From the NCBI GenBank assembly GCA_964016885.1, contig OZ024740.1:284952001-285016000 (forward strand): a stretch of DNA of 64,000 nt. The letters are read 5' to 3'. Source of the DNA: Eledone cirrhosa (taxonomy: Eukaryota). A model generated the notes under the pieces. That model was not told the origin of the DNA and ran no database searches. It worked only from the letters and a program-made list of their open reading frames with translations. Below, piece by piece: positions 1 to 13,926 of the stretch. Within the stretch, counting starts at the first letter, position 1. Each line of letters begins with the position of its first letter. A program made the position numbers and the translations under genes.

Positions 1-384
1 TCTCCATGCTTGCATAGGTTGAATACAAAATGCCCTTCCTGATGCCAACCCATACCTTATTTTAAGTACAGTATATATACCACTGACATTCACCAAACTG
101 CTATGATGCAGGTTATAAAGTGTATGAGTGACATAAACAAAGTATAGACTATATAAATGACTTATATAAAAGTGAGGCAACAACCATGCACACACACACA
201 CACACACACACATTTAAGAGTATTTATATTAACAGTCAAACTTTTAATATAAATACTCTCAACTTCTACATAATGTGTTGATTGCTCTTTTCTTTCATTT
301 GTACCCACCACTATGTATGCATATGTGTGTATGTGTGTGTCATCATCATCATCATCATTTAACATCTATCTTCCACGCTAGCAA

Positions 385-431
<47 letters not shown>

Positions 432-432
<1 letters not shown>

Positions 433-687
433 CCGAAACAAATGAGGTCGTGTAGGTGTCATGACAAAAAAACACACAGTCCACACTGTAACGTGGCCGT
501 GTAGGTAACACGGTAAAAACCTCCCAGTCCACACTGTAAATGTGGTTGGTGTTAGGAAGGGCATCCAGCCGTAGAAAACCCGCCAGACAGTCCTATACGA
601 GCAGGACAACCAATCTTGCCTCAAGTGGGAAAACTCCCATCCAAACCTATGCAAGTGTGGAAGATGGACGTTAAACGATGATGATGA
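432..687 (+). mobile_element. 5'-truncated RTE LINE, 3' UTR only
   Basis: Near-identical to the 3' UTR of the LINE at 29250-29498 (ccgaaacaaatgaggtcgtgtaggtgtc...ggttggtgttaggaagggcatccag...ttaaacgatgatg). Starts directly after (TA)n and ends in an (ATG)n tail. Confidence 0.9.
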
Positions 688-697
688 CACACATACA

Positions 698-1041
698 CAG
701 TGTATCCCCCGACGCTCGTCGATTTTTTCCTTAAAACCTAACAATTGTTTGTGGAAATCACCGCATATTTGCAGAATCATAAATATCTTCCGTGATTTTT
801 TACAGGTTTTTTCATGGCAATATATATTTTTCTAACGCTAAATTATTAAAAACAACATATTGTATTTGCCGGCCTATTGGATGCCTCTTCGCATAGGACG
901 CTCCCTTTTTTTAAAAATTATATTTTACATTATATTTTGAGATTTATAGGCATTTTTATGGACTATGTCTAATATTCACGGTTTTTCACTCTTCACAGGT
1001 GCTCTAGGAATGTGACCCCCGTGAATACCGGGGTACAGCTG
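698..1041. mobile_element. possible MITE (Tc1/mariner-type ends)
   Basis: Imperfect terminal inverted repeats cagtgtatcccc / ggggtacagctg, with TA next to the right end. No coding capacity. Confidence 0.35.
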
Positions 1042-1054
1042 TACATATGCATAT

Positions 1055-1320
1055 ATATCCTGTAAGGTGGTCATGCTGGTGACACAAGAAGCAGCCAGTG
1101 TACCATGTACGGTGATCGTGTTGGTGACACAGCAAAAAGCACCCAGTCCACCTTGTTAGATGGTCATTTTAGGGTCATGATAAAAAGCATCCAGTCCACA
1201 CTGTGGTAGGTGTAAGGAAGGGCATCCATCTGTAGAAACCAAGCCAAAATACAGATACATATGAGCAAGACATGGTCACCTGACCTGACTTGTCCCATAA
1301 TGTGATAACCTGTCTTATCC
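1055..1320 (+). mobile_element. older RTE-type 3' tail with repeated ~48-bp stem-loop modules
   Basis: Repeated ctgtaaggtggtcatgctggtgacac...aaaagcacccagtcca units ending in aggaagggcatcca..tgtagaaacc. Confidence 0.75.
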
Positions 1321-1681
1321 ATACATTTGCCATTTTACCCATATGTTTACTTCTCTGTTCACATTATACCTAAATTGAATGCATGCATACATTCGGTCAC
1401 ACACACCTCCCCAATTTATACCAACTGATCTTGCTTATGTAACGGTATACCATAATATGCACCTGAACCGTAAAAATCAGGCAAAGTGCAGTGGTATCCA
1501 CCTATGCCCATAGGAGCCCCTATGAAAGTATACTTGTGTGTGTGTGTGTATTTATATTTGCCTGCATGTACGTACTCACGTATTCATGCAAGTATTTCCA
1601 TTTAGTCATGGTTGTATGCATCTATGTACCTGCCTAAATAATACAAATGGATATGTGTGCATGTGTATGTGTTTATATATA

Positions 1682-1731
<50 letters not shown>

Positions 1732-1869
1732 TGTAAATATATATAAATGTCTGTGTGTGTTTATGTGTGTATGCATATGCATGTATGCATCTGTAAGAGT
1801 GGCAGTATGTATATAGGTAATATAGGTATATGTATATATATTTGTGCGTGGGCATGTTTGGGTGTGTAT

Positions 1870-3290
1870 ATGTGCATGCAAACATTGTCAAAAACTTGCA
1901 GCTTGTGTAAATCTTGCTGCGCTTATTGGCCACAGATCACAGCCAGAGAGGAGGATAGTGTGAACAAGTTCTTGATTGATGTGGATTGTTTAGACTGGAT
2001 GGATCTCTGGCTTAGATCATAGTCAGCCTTGAAGACAACAGAATGCAGTGCATGCATGGTTAATGAGGAGATCTATCTCATTTTTATCTTAGCCTATGGC
2101 AGTGAAAGGCATGCAGAGTTACTTGAGTTAATCAACCTCTTCCAAAATCTTGCCAGTGAGTATAACAGGGACCCTTTTCAGAAGGTAAGTTAGCAACAGA
2201 TAATATCTTTGTCTTGATTACATTGATCTTCATGCCAACATTCTGTGTGTACACACTGAGGCATTCAATGGCTGAGTGAACATAGATTTAGTTTTTGTCA
2301 ACTATTACAAGATCAGTGACACTAAAGTCTCTTTCCTAGCAATGACTGGAAAATCCTTCAAAGCATGCTCAGCAATCCAGTTGAAGTGTGTTGAAGATAG
2401 AACACAGCCCAGCCAGACAAATCTCGGAGGAGCAAGATTCCTCATCATAATAGCAAACTTTTGCTTATGTGAAACTATAGTACATTCTTATTAATTTCAG
2501 TAATTTCACAGGTAGCCCATCTGTGACCATGATGTCATAGTGTGTGCTGCAACTGACAGACTCAAAGGCTGCTGCAAAGTGGACAAAACAGCTAATTGTT
2601 TGCCATTACTAGCTTAAAAGTTGTTTCAGAATCCTTCTCAATTATGCCATTGGGATTTTAGACAGTAGCACCTTGGACATCAAGAATTATTTCACTTGTG
2701 AGTGGCAGCCCTTCGTGGTCAATCTTAGATGTTGATACAGTCTTTGCAAATCCCCAAAGAAGCTGCACGCTCCATGTCTAGAGTGATGGTGCACCAGCAT
2801 TCATTACTATCTGTGAGCAGGGAGGACTGTCTGCCTTCTAAGACGCTGATACTTAGCAGCACTACTGTTTTAGGCATGATTGAAGCTTTTGGCAAGTTCT
2901 ATTGTATGATGTGAGATAAAAAAATTTTGACTACACTTTCTATGTCCTAATTCTTAAATCGCTACCACATGTAGGTGATGTTTCAAGTTGTGTTATTCAT
3001 CTTTGGTCATGGGTTCAGTTTGTTTTAGCATGTTCAAGCCATCAAAACAGTTACACAATTCTAGTTGAAAGCCTGTGGCTGTGTCACTGCATTTCAGCTT
3101 TGCAATATCATATATTGAGGACTTCTTAGATGGTTTGTTGGTCTTTAAATGCATGCAAAGTTTCACCCATACCAAAGTATGATCTGAGCCATTCTCATTT
3201 CCCATTTCAGCACCACGATAAGATCATCAGTCAAGTGAACAACTGGCCCAGTGAGATCAAACAAGGATGTAGCCGATGTTCTCTAGTAAA
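1870..3290 (-). mobile_element. degraded RTE-like LINE (endonuclease end to RT)
   Basis: ORF 2993-3205 gives GSDHTLVWVKL...YDIAKLK...FQLELCNCF, matching the APE C-terminal SDH motif and linker of RTE elements. The rest has many stops. Boundaries approximate. Confidence 0.65.
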
Positions 3291-3370
3291 CAATATGTTA
3301 TACCCTTCAAATATTAGCTATTGGGTTATCTATATTCTTTAAACTCACGTTATACATTCCAGCATATTAT

Positions 3371-3600
3371 TTAACCTTTTTATATACCAACCACCTTAAA
3401 ACAACCCTGGTTTTACAATACAGAACTGTTTTTTAAAGTGTTTATATTTATCTAAAAACTTTCTATCATAATTTTATGTAAGAACCTTCCAAACACCAGC
3501 TTAATAATGAGGATGTTGGTTATATTACTAAATCCCTCCAAATGTTTGATTATTTTCAAAATTATTAGAAAATCATATGCAATGTCTTTCATTAAATATA
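3371..3600. mobile_element. TTAA-bounded MITE family (related copies ~6801-7008, ~37715-37975, ~56888-57070)
   Basis: Shared start ttaacc.ttt.gatacca....cctgaaa...ctggtt in several copies. The 6801-7008 copy is inverted and bounded by ttaacc...gttaa. Confidence 0.5.
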
Positions 3601-5674
3601 TTACTTATTAACACACATTCAATATAATACTAATTTACATAGTATCCACTTTAACACATCCAATATATTGAAATATTTAAACCTATACTTATAACCAACC
3701 TATATTGTAAAAAGAAAGTAACTCTAACATTACCACAAGCAGGTCTCTGTTCACTGTGTGAACTAATACCATTCAAAATATTATATTTGAACTCGATAAG
3801 AAATTGATTCAACATCCTGTCTAGAACAAAGACTCTTTAAAAAAAACATTCCACATTTGGATTTGCTTGTTTTTACCTACTTATTGCTTTTAGTTGTTGT
3901 TTCTAATTATTTATTTTTACAAATGCCTTCATTCAAGAGATTACATACCTACAACTTAAGTCTAGAATGCTAACCTTTAGGCAGACCTCCAAGTCATGTC
4001 AATGATCAAATGTCTACAACACTTCAGCTATGCTTAAGCACTATTTCAAACCTCACCTGCTCAAAGTATTTACTTTTCTTTAATTCCTCTTTTTGCTTTT
4101 ATTATTTTTTCTTTCATTCATTGTTCATGTTTAGTAGCCGTCGACTCATTTGTTAAAAAGTGGAAATCCTTTGGCTTAAATCATACACATCCCTATGCCC
4201 TAATCTAGGTTTTATTCCTTCGTGTGCACGCTCGTGCGTTTTAATTTAACAATAACCACACCGTGCCTATACCTCATTGGCTCTGCTATCTTTGTTTTAT
4301 ACAAACACACAAAGTGTGTGTGAAGTAGTAGTAGTATATTTATATGCATATTTATATATTTGTGTGTGTGTGTAAATATTTACCTGTAGAGTAATCATAT
4401 ACTATAGAGTAACACCTTTAACCCTTGTTAGACACTAGGTTTAAATAACTCTAATAGTGCTGATGGTTACTACTGTAATTAGCATAATATTTTTGACAAA
4501 AAAAAAAAAAAAGGATTAGGACGACACAACCTAATGCTATTTTATTTACTGTTTTTTCATAGATTTCTTGAATTTTTCCAAATGACTGCAAACTGGAATT
4601 AAAGTTTTCATCTTGTCACTCAAGAGTTTAAATATTCATGCTTGGCAGTCAGAGGGGTTCATTTCTATTCTCCTTCAGTATGTTAAATTGTTACTTTATT
4701 CATGACCCCATGGCCTTTAATAACCATACATTTAACTACCAACACAAGGTGCAGATGACAACCCTTAATTTACCACATGTCCATCATCATGGACTCTTTA
4801 TTTCCACCAAGTGTTATCATTTACACTTTTCCAGATATTTTACTTAAACTGTATTTTAAATTCTTATGAATTCAGAAATATTTTCCTTCATTTAAATAAC
4901 ATAGACTGAATGAGTCAAGTTGCACTATTTGTCTATTAATCCAATGATATAAGATTAATCTGTAATCAACCCAATTTCTTTGTCATTACCATCAACGTGA
5001 TCGTTAAAGCCATTTTTCTTTCTTTTTCTTCCATGTTAATGTCTATACTATACTGAACTAGTGTCAGACTTATACGACTTCTATCACATGCTTCTTAGTC
5101 AATGCTAGATAATTTTTTAAGGTAATCTTTTAGCACAGAATTCCACAAATATTATCATTGAAACAAAAGCAGAAATCTGACATCTGCTACCTAGTCAGAT
5201 AAAGAAAAAAATTCAATTAAATACTAATTTACTTTAACAAAACGTAAGGTCATTTGATACTATTATGTTATTCATACTTATTTTTATCACCCGTAAAGGT
5301 ATAAAGGGTCAAACCAACCCCTGCAAGATTTGAACACTGGCATATAAGAATAAAATGTATATATAAGTTTGATGTTTAAGGTAGCAAACTTTCTAGATTG
5401 TATCTGGAATTCAAAAGTTCAGCTTTATCACAAAGTGTCATATTGATTAATTTGATGTCTCAGGTGGTGAACTGACAGAATTGTTACAGCATTGGATTGA
5501 ATACCTTGCAGTATTGATTCTGGCTTTTTGCATTCTGAATTCAAATCCCTCCCATGTTCACTTTATCATTCATCCCTTTTAGGTAGATAAAGTACTGGTC
5601 CAGTAATCGAGTCAATGTTGTGAGCATGGTTTAGTGCTTATTATTTATTTATATTCCTGTATTGCTTAAGATAG

Positions 5675-5960
5675 GCTGCAAACTGGCAGAGTTGTTAATA
5701 TGTCAGATAAAATGCTTTGCAGTATTTGTTCTGTTTCTTTTTTGCACTCTGAGTTCAAACTAGCTAAGGTCAATTTTGCCTTTCAACCTTTCGAGGTTAA
5801 TAAAAAAAATTAAAAAAAAAGTACCAGTCCAGTACTGGGATCAATTCTTCCTCTCTATCTCTTTCTCACTTCATCTCTATCACTTTCTTTCTCCTCTTAT
5901 GGAAGAAATCAGCTGTGTTCAGGCCTAGGGAAGGGATGGGCCTTTAAATGTTTTAAAATG
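5675..5960 (+). mobile_element. tRNA-derived SINE (family A variant)
   Basis: A-box-like tggcagagttg, B-box gagttcaaac, then ttttgcctttcaacctttcgaggt...gtaccagtccagtactggg. A similar copy lies at ~52415-53060. Confidence 0.65.
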
Positions 5961-8739
5961 TCTAAGACACACTGTTTGTCACTATGAGATTCCTACAACT
6001 TCATCAGGAGTTACAGATCCATACATATATATTGCTTAAGATGTAAACTATCAGTTTATAAGTGTTGAGCTCAAATCCACTGCAAGAATGTGTGGATTTA
6101 GGCATTGAACTTAATTCTATGTAGGTCAGTTCACTTACATTTTAGAAATATATAAGAGATATGTCACTTCCAATAAACTCATGCTCTATTTCACTTATTA
6201 CCATGGATTCAGAGCTAAACAATTTTTTCATGACAATTTTGTTTTGGGGGACATACAACTAAACCATTCTCACTAGCAAAGAAAAGCAGATGTAGAAAAT
6301 ATACCTTTTACTCTAAATTCCCCATAAACAAAACAAGGATCCAGCAAACTAATGAGGAGACATCTATAAAATCATTAATTCTGCTAGAAATTGCAGCTCA
6401 ATTTCCCTCAAAGCACTATCTTAAAAAAAGAAGGATACACTGGATAATGTAGTCTTGGATACACTGTCCGAAAATAAGATGAGATAGTCATGATTAGAAT
6501 GATTTGATCATAGGTCAGCTTAATTAGAACTGATCTGAGACAAAACAATAGCAGGAACTTGAAAGCCATTAAACCAACATGAATAGTTTACACCCTGAGT
6601 TCATACTGTCCACTTTGCATCACATTTAATTGGACTGTATCTAATTAAAACAGAATACCTTAATTTGGAGAATATTACTGAGACAAGCAATCTACGTTAG
6701 TTTAAATAACATTTTAAGGTGGCCATTTGAAAGGAGTATTTATTGCCAAACATTTACAAAGTCTGATGACATTACTGTAATATAAGGTACAACAATTTTA
6801 TTAACCTTTCAGTAGCAATATTTCTAATTAATTTTGAAAATCACAAATTTCAAAGATTTTATTAATTGGTGCTTTGAACTTAACAGAAAGGTTCTTGCAT
6901 AAAATCATGACAAAATATTTTAATTTAAAAACTGACAACTTAAAAACAAGCAGTTCTGTATTAAAGAGCCAGAAGTAATTTCAGGTGGGTTGGTATAAAA
7001 AAAGTTAAAATAAATAAAAGACGCCTGAATTTAAACCTTTCATAGTTGGGCACAGAGCCAACTCTTCTATTCATTATGTATATGTATTAACAGAGAAAAA
7101 TAACAACTACAATTGAGCTCAGTAGGGCCCTTCAAAATTATATCCCATGCCAACCAGACCACCAGCCTTAATCTCTATAACCTGGCCTGTTTATAAGTAA
7201 GAGGTATAGTCAATTTAATTGATGCCTCTATAATTATATTTGAAAAATAAAGTCAGTCCTGAAAAAAATCTGACCCCAGAGTGCAGAAAGAGATGAAGCT
7301 ATATACAGAAAGACATACTAAAATAGCCCAGAACTCTACCACTTTTGTTAACTCACCATCCTAATATTACATAATAGATTTGTAATCAAATCTGTGGCTT
7401 TGAAACTTCTGGTGTTCTTGGCCCCCATACCACATCCCTACTTAGTACTATTGAGGTGGAGTTGGCTACCCATAAGTGTGAACCCCACAAGGTGTAGTGG
7501 CTGTTCTAGCGTGTCTCCTTCGCCATCCTCTGAAGCAATATCTTCTCCATCCTGTTGGCCAGGATCATGAAGCAGACTGACCCTTGAAGAGAGTGATATA
7601 TACAGATCACACACACACAGAGAAAACATTATTATCCTGCTATTTTTCATATAAAAGATCAATAAAATAAGTAATGCGTACTAAATTGGATATGCCTATA
7701 AAATATAACAATAATGTATATAAAACCTCAAGTGATTTATTAAGTTACAATTTTAACAGATAAACAGATGAGTAATAAATCTTCCTTGAGATGGGGTGCA
7801 AGTCTAGTGAGAGGTAATTTATTTGATGTCAACTACATGAACTGTGTATAGTCAAAACATACTTAAATACTGCACTGGATTTGAACTCAAAATCTAGAGG
7901 CTGAAAATATCAACAGATATCTTACTACAATAATAACTTTACAAGATTTCTTTGACATTGGATTTCATCAAAATGTTTTAAAATACCATCATAAAAAAAC
8001 TATCATTCAAATTTGCATCTCAATGTAAGCAAATTAGCCTCTTTTTTCATACATCCCGAAATAATACTAGCAAACAATCATATGTGTTTTCTGCCAATCT
8101 AAATCTGCATTTTCTAATACTGAATGAAAATGAGCTTTTATAGGTGCACCTTTTAGATTCTAAACTCCCCCCCTTACTTTATGCCTTAAGCTTAGTGCCA
8201 AGTTCACCCTCAATCTTGAAACTATGTCAATGCTATAAATCTGCTACAGTACACCTTAACTCCAAATTTTCTGAAATCTGCCATTTTTTTTTAGTTCCAC
8301 AATAAAAAAAAACATACTACATATATACTGTATAAATTTGTGTATAAGACATCTTATTTTACATACAACATTGTACATACTATATATATTGAACTGAGAC
8401 TGTAGATCCAGTAAATAAATCACATGCTGGTTTTTCACATCATATTTTCATGTACACAGGACATCAAGAGGACACTAGTCAGCACACATCTTCCCCCTTC
8501 CCTCATTCATACACTTTCCCACATATTATATCTCAGCCATCCCAAAGCCTGCATACTTGTTTCACCCCTTCCACAACTCCTGACACACCTGTTCAACACA
8601 TACATATAAGGATGGAAAGCTAGACACACTCCTCACTTGCTCTCCCACAACAACAAAAAGCACTTTAGCCACAATGTAAGATTGTTGTGCTGACGACAAT
8701 AAGCGCCAAGTTTACCCATAAGGAAGTCATACTGGTGGC

Positions 8740-9625
8740 AGAACAAAAATCACTCCGTCGACCCTGTAAGGTGGTCATGCTGGTAACACAACTGGATGCC
8801 CTTCCAAACACCAACCATATTTACTGTATGTGCTGGGTGCTCTTTGTTGTGACACTTACATGACTACTTTACAGTGTGGGCTGCGTGTTTTTTGTTGTGA
8901 CACCTACATGACCACTTTACAGTGTAGACTGGGCGCTTTTTCCATATCATCTACATGACCACTTTACAGTGTGAGCTGGGCGATTTTTGTCATATCACCA
9001 ACACGACCATTTTACAATATGGGCTGGGTGCTTTTTGTCAAGTTGCCATCATGACCACTTTACAATGTGGACTGGAGACTTGAGTGGGGGGGGGGGGAGT
9101 GACGTGTGTGAGGGGCAGAGTGTTAGGACGTGAGAGGTGGATGGAAGGGAGGTGAAGGTGGTGCATACTAGATGTATGTTTCAACCTGTGTTCGTGGCAA
9201 GGCGGGTCTTTTTTATTACTGCATAATGCCAGAGATCGTAGTCCTGTGTCATCGCCTTTGAGAGGTGCAATTATGCAAGGTCAACTTTTATCATCTCATC
9301 CCAAGTCTTCCATCAACTTTGAGCACTCTGCACATTTTTATACAGTTGTCATCCTCCATACGCATCACATGCCCATACCAATGCAATCTCCTCTCCTGCA
9401 CCCTGCATCTGATCCCTCTAAGGCCCAGTTTCTCTCTCAGTTTCATTTATGCTTTGCCTTTAATGTATATTACTATTACACATCCATTGAAGCATGCAAG
9501 CTTCATTTATTTCCAATCATCACACGTCCTCTGCACACAGCACCCAAGCCTCACTACTGTGCAACATTGTTGTTCGTATACACACATATAATCTGCCCTC
9601 CATTTTGAGGAAAAAACCTTTTGTA
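8740..9625 (-). mobile_element. degraded RTE LINE 3' end plus modular tail
   Basis: 9180-9625 reverse complement matches the RTE C-terminus (RRLHWYGHVMRM...RGRLG..W). 8760-9075 is about seven tandem ~48-bp tail modules. Confidence 0.8.
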
Positions 9626-9663
9626 GCTATGTGTATGTATATATATATACATATGTATGTATA

Positions 9664-9708
9664 TGTCTGATGATCCTGTAAGTACACAGGTGAAACTCCA
9701 CAGTTACA
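9664..9708 (+). ncRNA. type I hammerhead ribozyme motif (probably weakened)
   Basis: tgt-CTGATGA-t-cctgt-aagtac-acagg-t-GAAAC-tccaca-GTT-aca. Full core, 5-bp stem II closed by U-U, short stem III, only 3-bp stem I. Follows a (TA)/(TATG) microsatellite. Confidence 0.55.
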
Positions 9709-10039
9709 AAACCCATGACTTAGCCATAAAAAAGAATATTTAATCTCTACTTTGGTTTCTCATACATCACACGAATATGTATGCATGCATGTATGTATGT
9801 TCTTCTGGTATTTTAATTTTATAAATGTTTACCAATAGAGAGAGAGAGAGAGTCGGTTTCTAACATAGACACAAGACTCTTTTATTGGAATTTAGACATC
9901 AAGTAGGTAGATATGTATGCATGTCTGTGCAGGTATGGATGTTATTGTATATGTGGATGTTTTGAGTCATATGTGTGAATATGCTTTGTATTTGTACATA
10001 CAGTTATTATAAGATAGAATACTTTATTTATCTATATTA

Positions 10040-10840
10040 CTCTCACTCTGGAGCCTCCTGGCAACATATCCATGCACAATTTTTTGCTGATAAGCATGCA
10101 GTTTTTCATACATGGATTAACTGCAGTATTGCTGGGCAATTTCCTTGGGTGTGTGTTTTTCATTATCATGCAGGGAGTATCTTTGAAGGAGTTCCTTCCC
10201 AATTCTCATGATCTCATCTGTCTTATGCAGACAGAATTGTTCAATAGATGGGCTCCTACGCTTGGAGGTTTGTAGATGCTGTCGGAGGGATATGATGTTA
10301 CACTCAAATGCTGTCTGGACTGATGTTAGGCCTCTGCCTGCATCATCATCATCGATTAACCTCTATCTTCCACGCTAGCATGGATTAGCTTTTCAAGTAG
10401 AGGCAGTCACTATTGATGTGGAAGTTTCTGGTGCTGTTTAAGATTTTTCAGGTTTTAACATCAATTGCTCAGATCCTGTCTATCGTCCAATCGAGTATTC
10501 CAAACATTGGTGTTAGGACAGGTGCAGCAAACATTGAAAAACCACTGTTTTATTATGTGCAGAGATTTCAGATGACCATATTTTTCTTAATTGGGTGTAA
10601 TATTCCCTGGTTACGCTTTCCAGCCCTATGTATCTGTAGCAGTCCTCGTCAGATATCGGTGAAACAGTTGACCATTCATAAAGATGTTGCTAGATGGGTT
10701 TTTCCATGTTTTACAATCATATATGAACATTTATCCTTGCCAAACACTATTCTTTTATCCTTTGAGAACGTTGTAGTCAGGTCAAGATTTTTCTTCATCC
10801 CATTTACGTGTGTTCTTAGCATACAGCTTCAGGTCATCCA
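10040..10840 (-). mobile_element. degraded R4/Dong-like LINE fragment
   Basis: Minus-strand translation gives ..FAAPVLTPMFGILDWTIDRI*AIDVKT*KILNSTRNFHINSDCLYL and CYRYIGLE, resembling the post-RT region of R4/Dong elements. A short RTE tail is inserted at ~10342-10390. Confidence 0.6.
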
Positions 10841-11819
10841 TAATGTGTATATGTGAGTGTGAGTGTGTGAGTGTGTATGTGTGCATTTGCATGCACACAT
10901 ACAATTAGTACTACATTCTTTGTACATTCTGGAAGACATAGAGAGTATTAAAAATTAATCGATCAGAGAATAACATTTTCAGACAAAGAGACAGTAAATG
11001 ATGGATAGGCTATGTGCTATTCTTTGCTGTTTATTGATTGTTAGCATTGTTCTCTTTGCAAGGAGGTACCTTTCTATGGCATTTGTGCACTCTCTGACAT
11101 TCACTTCATAGTAATTTATGTTGACATCCATATTCCCTGTGAGAGATTACATTTTACCTGCCTACTTTTTGGTGAGAGCAAAATTAAGCTGGGTTTCTTT
11201 TAGGTAACAGTAATAATAAATAAGATTTTTTCAGGCTATTAATTTCATGCTTAGGGGTGAAACATCATTTTGATTTGATAGCTGATCCTCATCAGGTATA
11301 TTTGTGAACAAGCCCATTATCAGGTTTTGGTGCTTGGGGAAACATTGTAACATTCTGGGTGGGCACTCTGATTCCCTATCATTCTAAGCCAGTTTCAGAA
11401 TAATCAAATCACTGTCAAGTTTCCTAAATCTGAAAGTGTACCATTAAAAAGTAGTAGGTAGCAATGCTATCCAATGCCTACCCCACTTTATGACAGGCCC
11501 ATTTCTGGATGTGTAAATGATAGTGAACTGAATTCAAACTAGAAGCTTTCATTTTTAAATGAAGGGTATTACACACTGGCTTGGTATAATGCAAATGTTC
11601 AGGAATAAGACACTTGACAAACTTTGATGAAACTTATCAAAACATAATGAAATTGTAAATATAAAAAAGTGTTTTATATCTAAAGATTACGTTAATAAAA
11701 TTTTAATCTTATTAACAATCACTCATTTCAGATATTTATACATTTAATTGACTGTAATAAATACTTGAGATTATGACAAAATAAAATTAAAAACAAAAGC
11801 AGTTAAAGAAGATTGCTAC

Positions 11820-11861
11820 CTTGTCAAGTTCTTCAAGAATTTCAACAGTTGTTTTTTGTTT
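11820..11861 (-). CDS. LNPK: 42-nt phase-0 internal exon, likely Lunapark (ER junction formation protein) N-terminal exon
   Basis: Strong polypyrimidine acceptor (cctttttttcttttcag) and GT donor (AAG|gtagc). Encodes KQKTTVEILEELDK, similar from memory to human LNPK TKPSTVEVLESIDK. No other exon found in the window. Confidence 0.7.
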
Positions 11862-12177
11862 CTGAAAAGAAAAAAAAGGAGGATGGTTATAGAGAAACAA
11901 CACTGATTGAAAACATGAATGTTTTATCAAAGAAAAAAAAAAAAAGAATCAGCAACTGCAATTATCAGATCATCAAACCACACTGAATAATATATTTAAC
12001 TTCAACCTTTTTTTACATCTTTTATTGGTTTCAGTCTCTGGATTAATGTCATATTTGATATAATCAACAATATAGCCACTCTGCAACAATTGCAGTTTTT
12101 TCTGGACTAGACTACTGAGTGTATCCAATTTAGAATAGGTACACTGTATCCCTGCGTGTCATCATAATAGGCAACTA

Positions 12178-12371
12178 TGAGGGTCAACTGAAAAGTTCAC
12201 AGGCTGACCAAGATACTCTCATGGAATGACCAAATGAGGTTTATTTTTCAACATAGTTCCTGGAAAGAAACAATGCAGTTATTAATAAGAAGAGTTGAAA
12301 TTAATGCATGCAAAATTTCACAGCTCTAGCCTCACTTCTTCATAGCCTAAGAACTTTTCAGTCTACCCTCA
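12178..12371. mobile_element. mariner-derived MITE
   Basis: TIRs tgagggtcaactgaaaagttc / gaacttttcagtctaccctca, flanked by TA on both sides. Confidence 0.8.
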
Positions 12372-12695
12372 TAAAAGAGTTGGTGCCAGGAAGAGATAGC
12401 ATTTGGCTGTAAGACATTGCTTCAAGAAGTACTCTATGATGAGTGAGAAGCTTTTCATTGGCATTGTTTTAACAAGGAAAAATTACCTCAAAACACTTGT
12501 TGCTACTTATTTTATTGACCATTACAGGATGACATGGAAAGTAGAACAGGGTGGGATTTGAACTTAGACTGTAAACAGACATAAACAAATATCAGGGTTT
12601 TTTTTTCTCCTACACTCAACCAATTCTGTCACCTACCTGCCAACCTGCTGAATATATTTTCACTAACCACCGTCAAATCTTAACATTACAAACTA

Positions 12696-12887
12696 CCGTA
12701 TATACACGAATATAAGCAGATCTCCCTATTTTATGTCTGATAAATGGGCAAAAATCAATACCCTGTTTATTAGTCATGGCAGCTAATAAACACATTATGT
12801 TTAGATGGCAAATATAAGCCCCCCCCCCCCATTTTACCATCGATTTTTTGGTTACACATTGCTCAGCTTATATTTGAGTATATGCAG
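12696..12887. mobile_element. pogo/Tigger-like MITE
   Basis: TA-flanked TIRs ccgtatatacacgaatataagc / gcttatatttgagtatatgcag. A related inverted copy lies at ~36255-37141. Confidence 0.75.
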
Positions 12888-13926
12888 TAATGTTTTTAGT
12901 TGAGTCACATAAGAGAACAAAATGTAAAACATACAATACTACAATGACATGAGTGTTATAAATGTTTGTGCTTAGCTGACAAGAAAGTTTCACTCATATT
13001 CTGAGGTTGTGTAATTAGCAATGGAAAAAGAATATCCTGCAGGAAAAAAAAATCATTTGATAAATATCCAAGTTTATGAAACCTGTCCCCCCTCATGCTG
13101 ATAATAAAAAAAGAAATGGATACAAAATGGTACATATTTACAAGAATATATAGAATGAAACATAGAACACATTCGTGTTACAGTATATAATATCTGTGTG
13201 TGTGTATGCGTTTCCATTCAAAAATAGGATTGTAGATTATTATGGATGTCATACTCACTGTATAAAACTATTGTTATGAAATTGATAGTGTACATACACA
13301 AGCACACACACACACAGTCTCATGTCTATCAGATCAAATAATCCTTTAATTATATCCTTATAAATCCAGCCCCACACTTCTAAAATGTATATTCAAGATA
13401 GAGAGAGGCTAGAGGAGTGTGTGTATGTGTGTTTGTGACAGAAATAAAAGGACTAAGAGAGAGGGAGATTGAAAATGAGAAAGACAGAAGAACTTATCTA
13501 GATATGAATGATATCTGAAAGCAACTTGCTAGTAGTATTGAGTAGATTTTGAATTTAAAGAAAAAGAATATCTCTTAAAAGAAATCTTAGATTTAAAAAA
13601 AAGATTATCATCCAAAGGAATATATATAGTTAGAGTTTCAAAAAAAGAAATGTTTTATAAACATTTGAAGAACATTCAATTTAGGAATTCCATGGGGTGA
13701 ATTTTATTGTCCATTTACATGGTAAGGTTCTTTTGACTAGCCAGTTGTTATAAAAGAAGTATACAGTTGATTGATTCAATCCATTGTAATATAAGTACTT
13801 TTTTATTGACTGAATACTGCATAGCAGTTAAGCAGCGTTCTAATATTTTTATCAGGTTACATACTTCTTAATCCTTCATAAAAACATCCAGTTTTTTTTC
13901 TTAAAATGTCCTGGATGCCAATTTAA

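Noticed and set aside
1538-1933. Several overlapping 86-92-aa ORFs
   Set aside because: Stop-poor (TA)n/(TG)n microsatellite translations with no protein signal.
5955-6015. Minus-strand CTGATGA...AAAC-AGTGT-GTC hammerhead-like string
   Set aside because: GAAA is broken and stems I and II pair poorly. At most a decayed relic.
8760-9075. ~48-bp periodic repeats with partial palindromes (CRISPR-like)
   Set aside because: Degenerate tandem modules of the RTE tail, found attached to LINE ends throughout the window.
12980-13055. Strong minus-strand acceptor (tttttttttcctgcag) as a possible extra exon
   Set aside because: No good donor, and the peptide does not resemble Lunapark.
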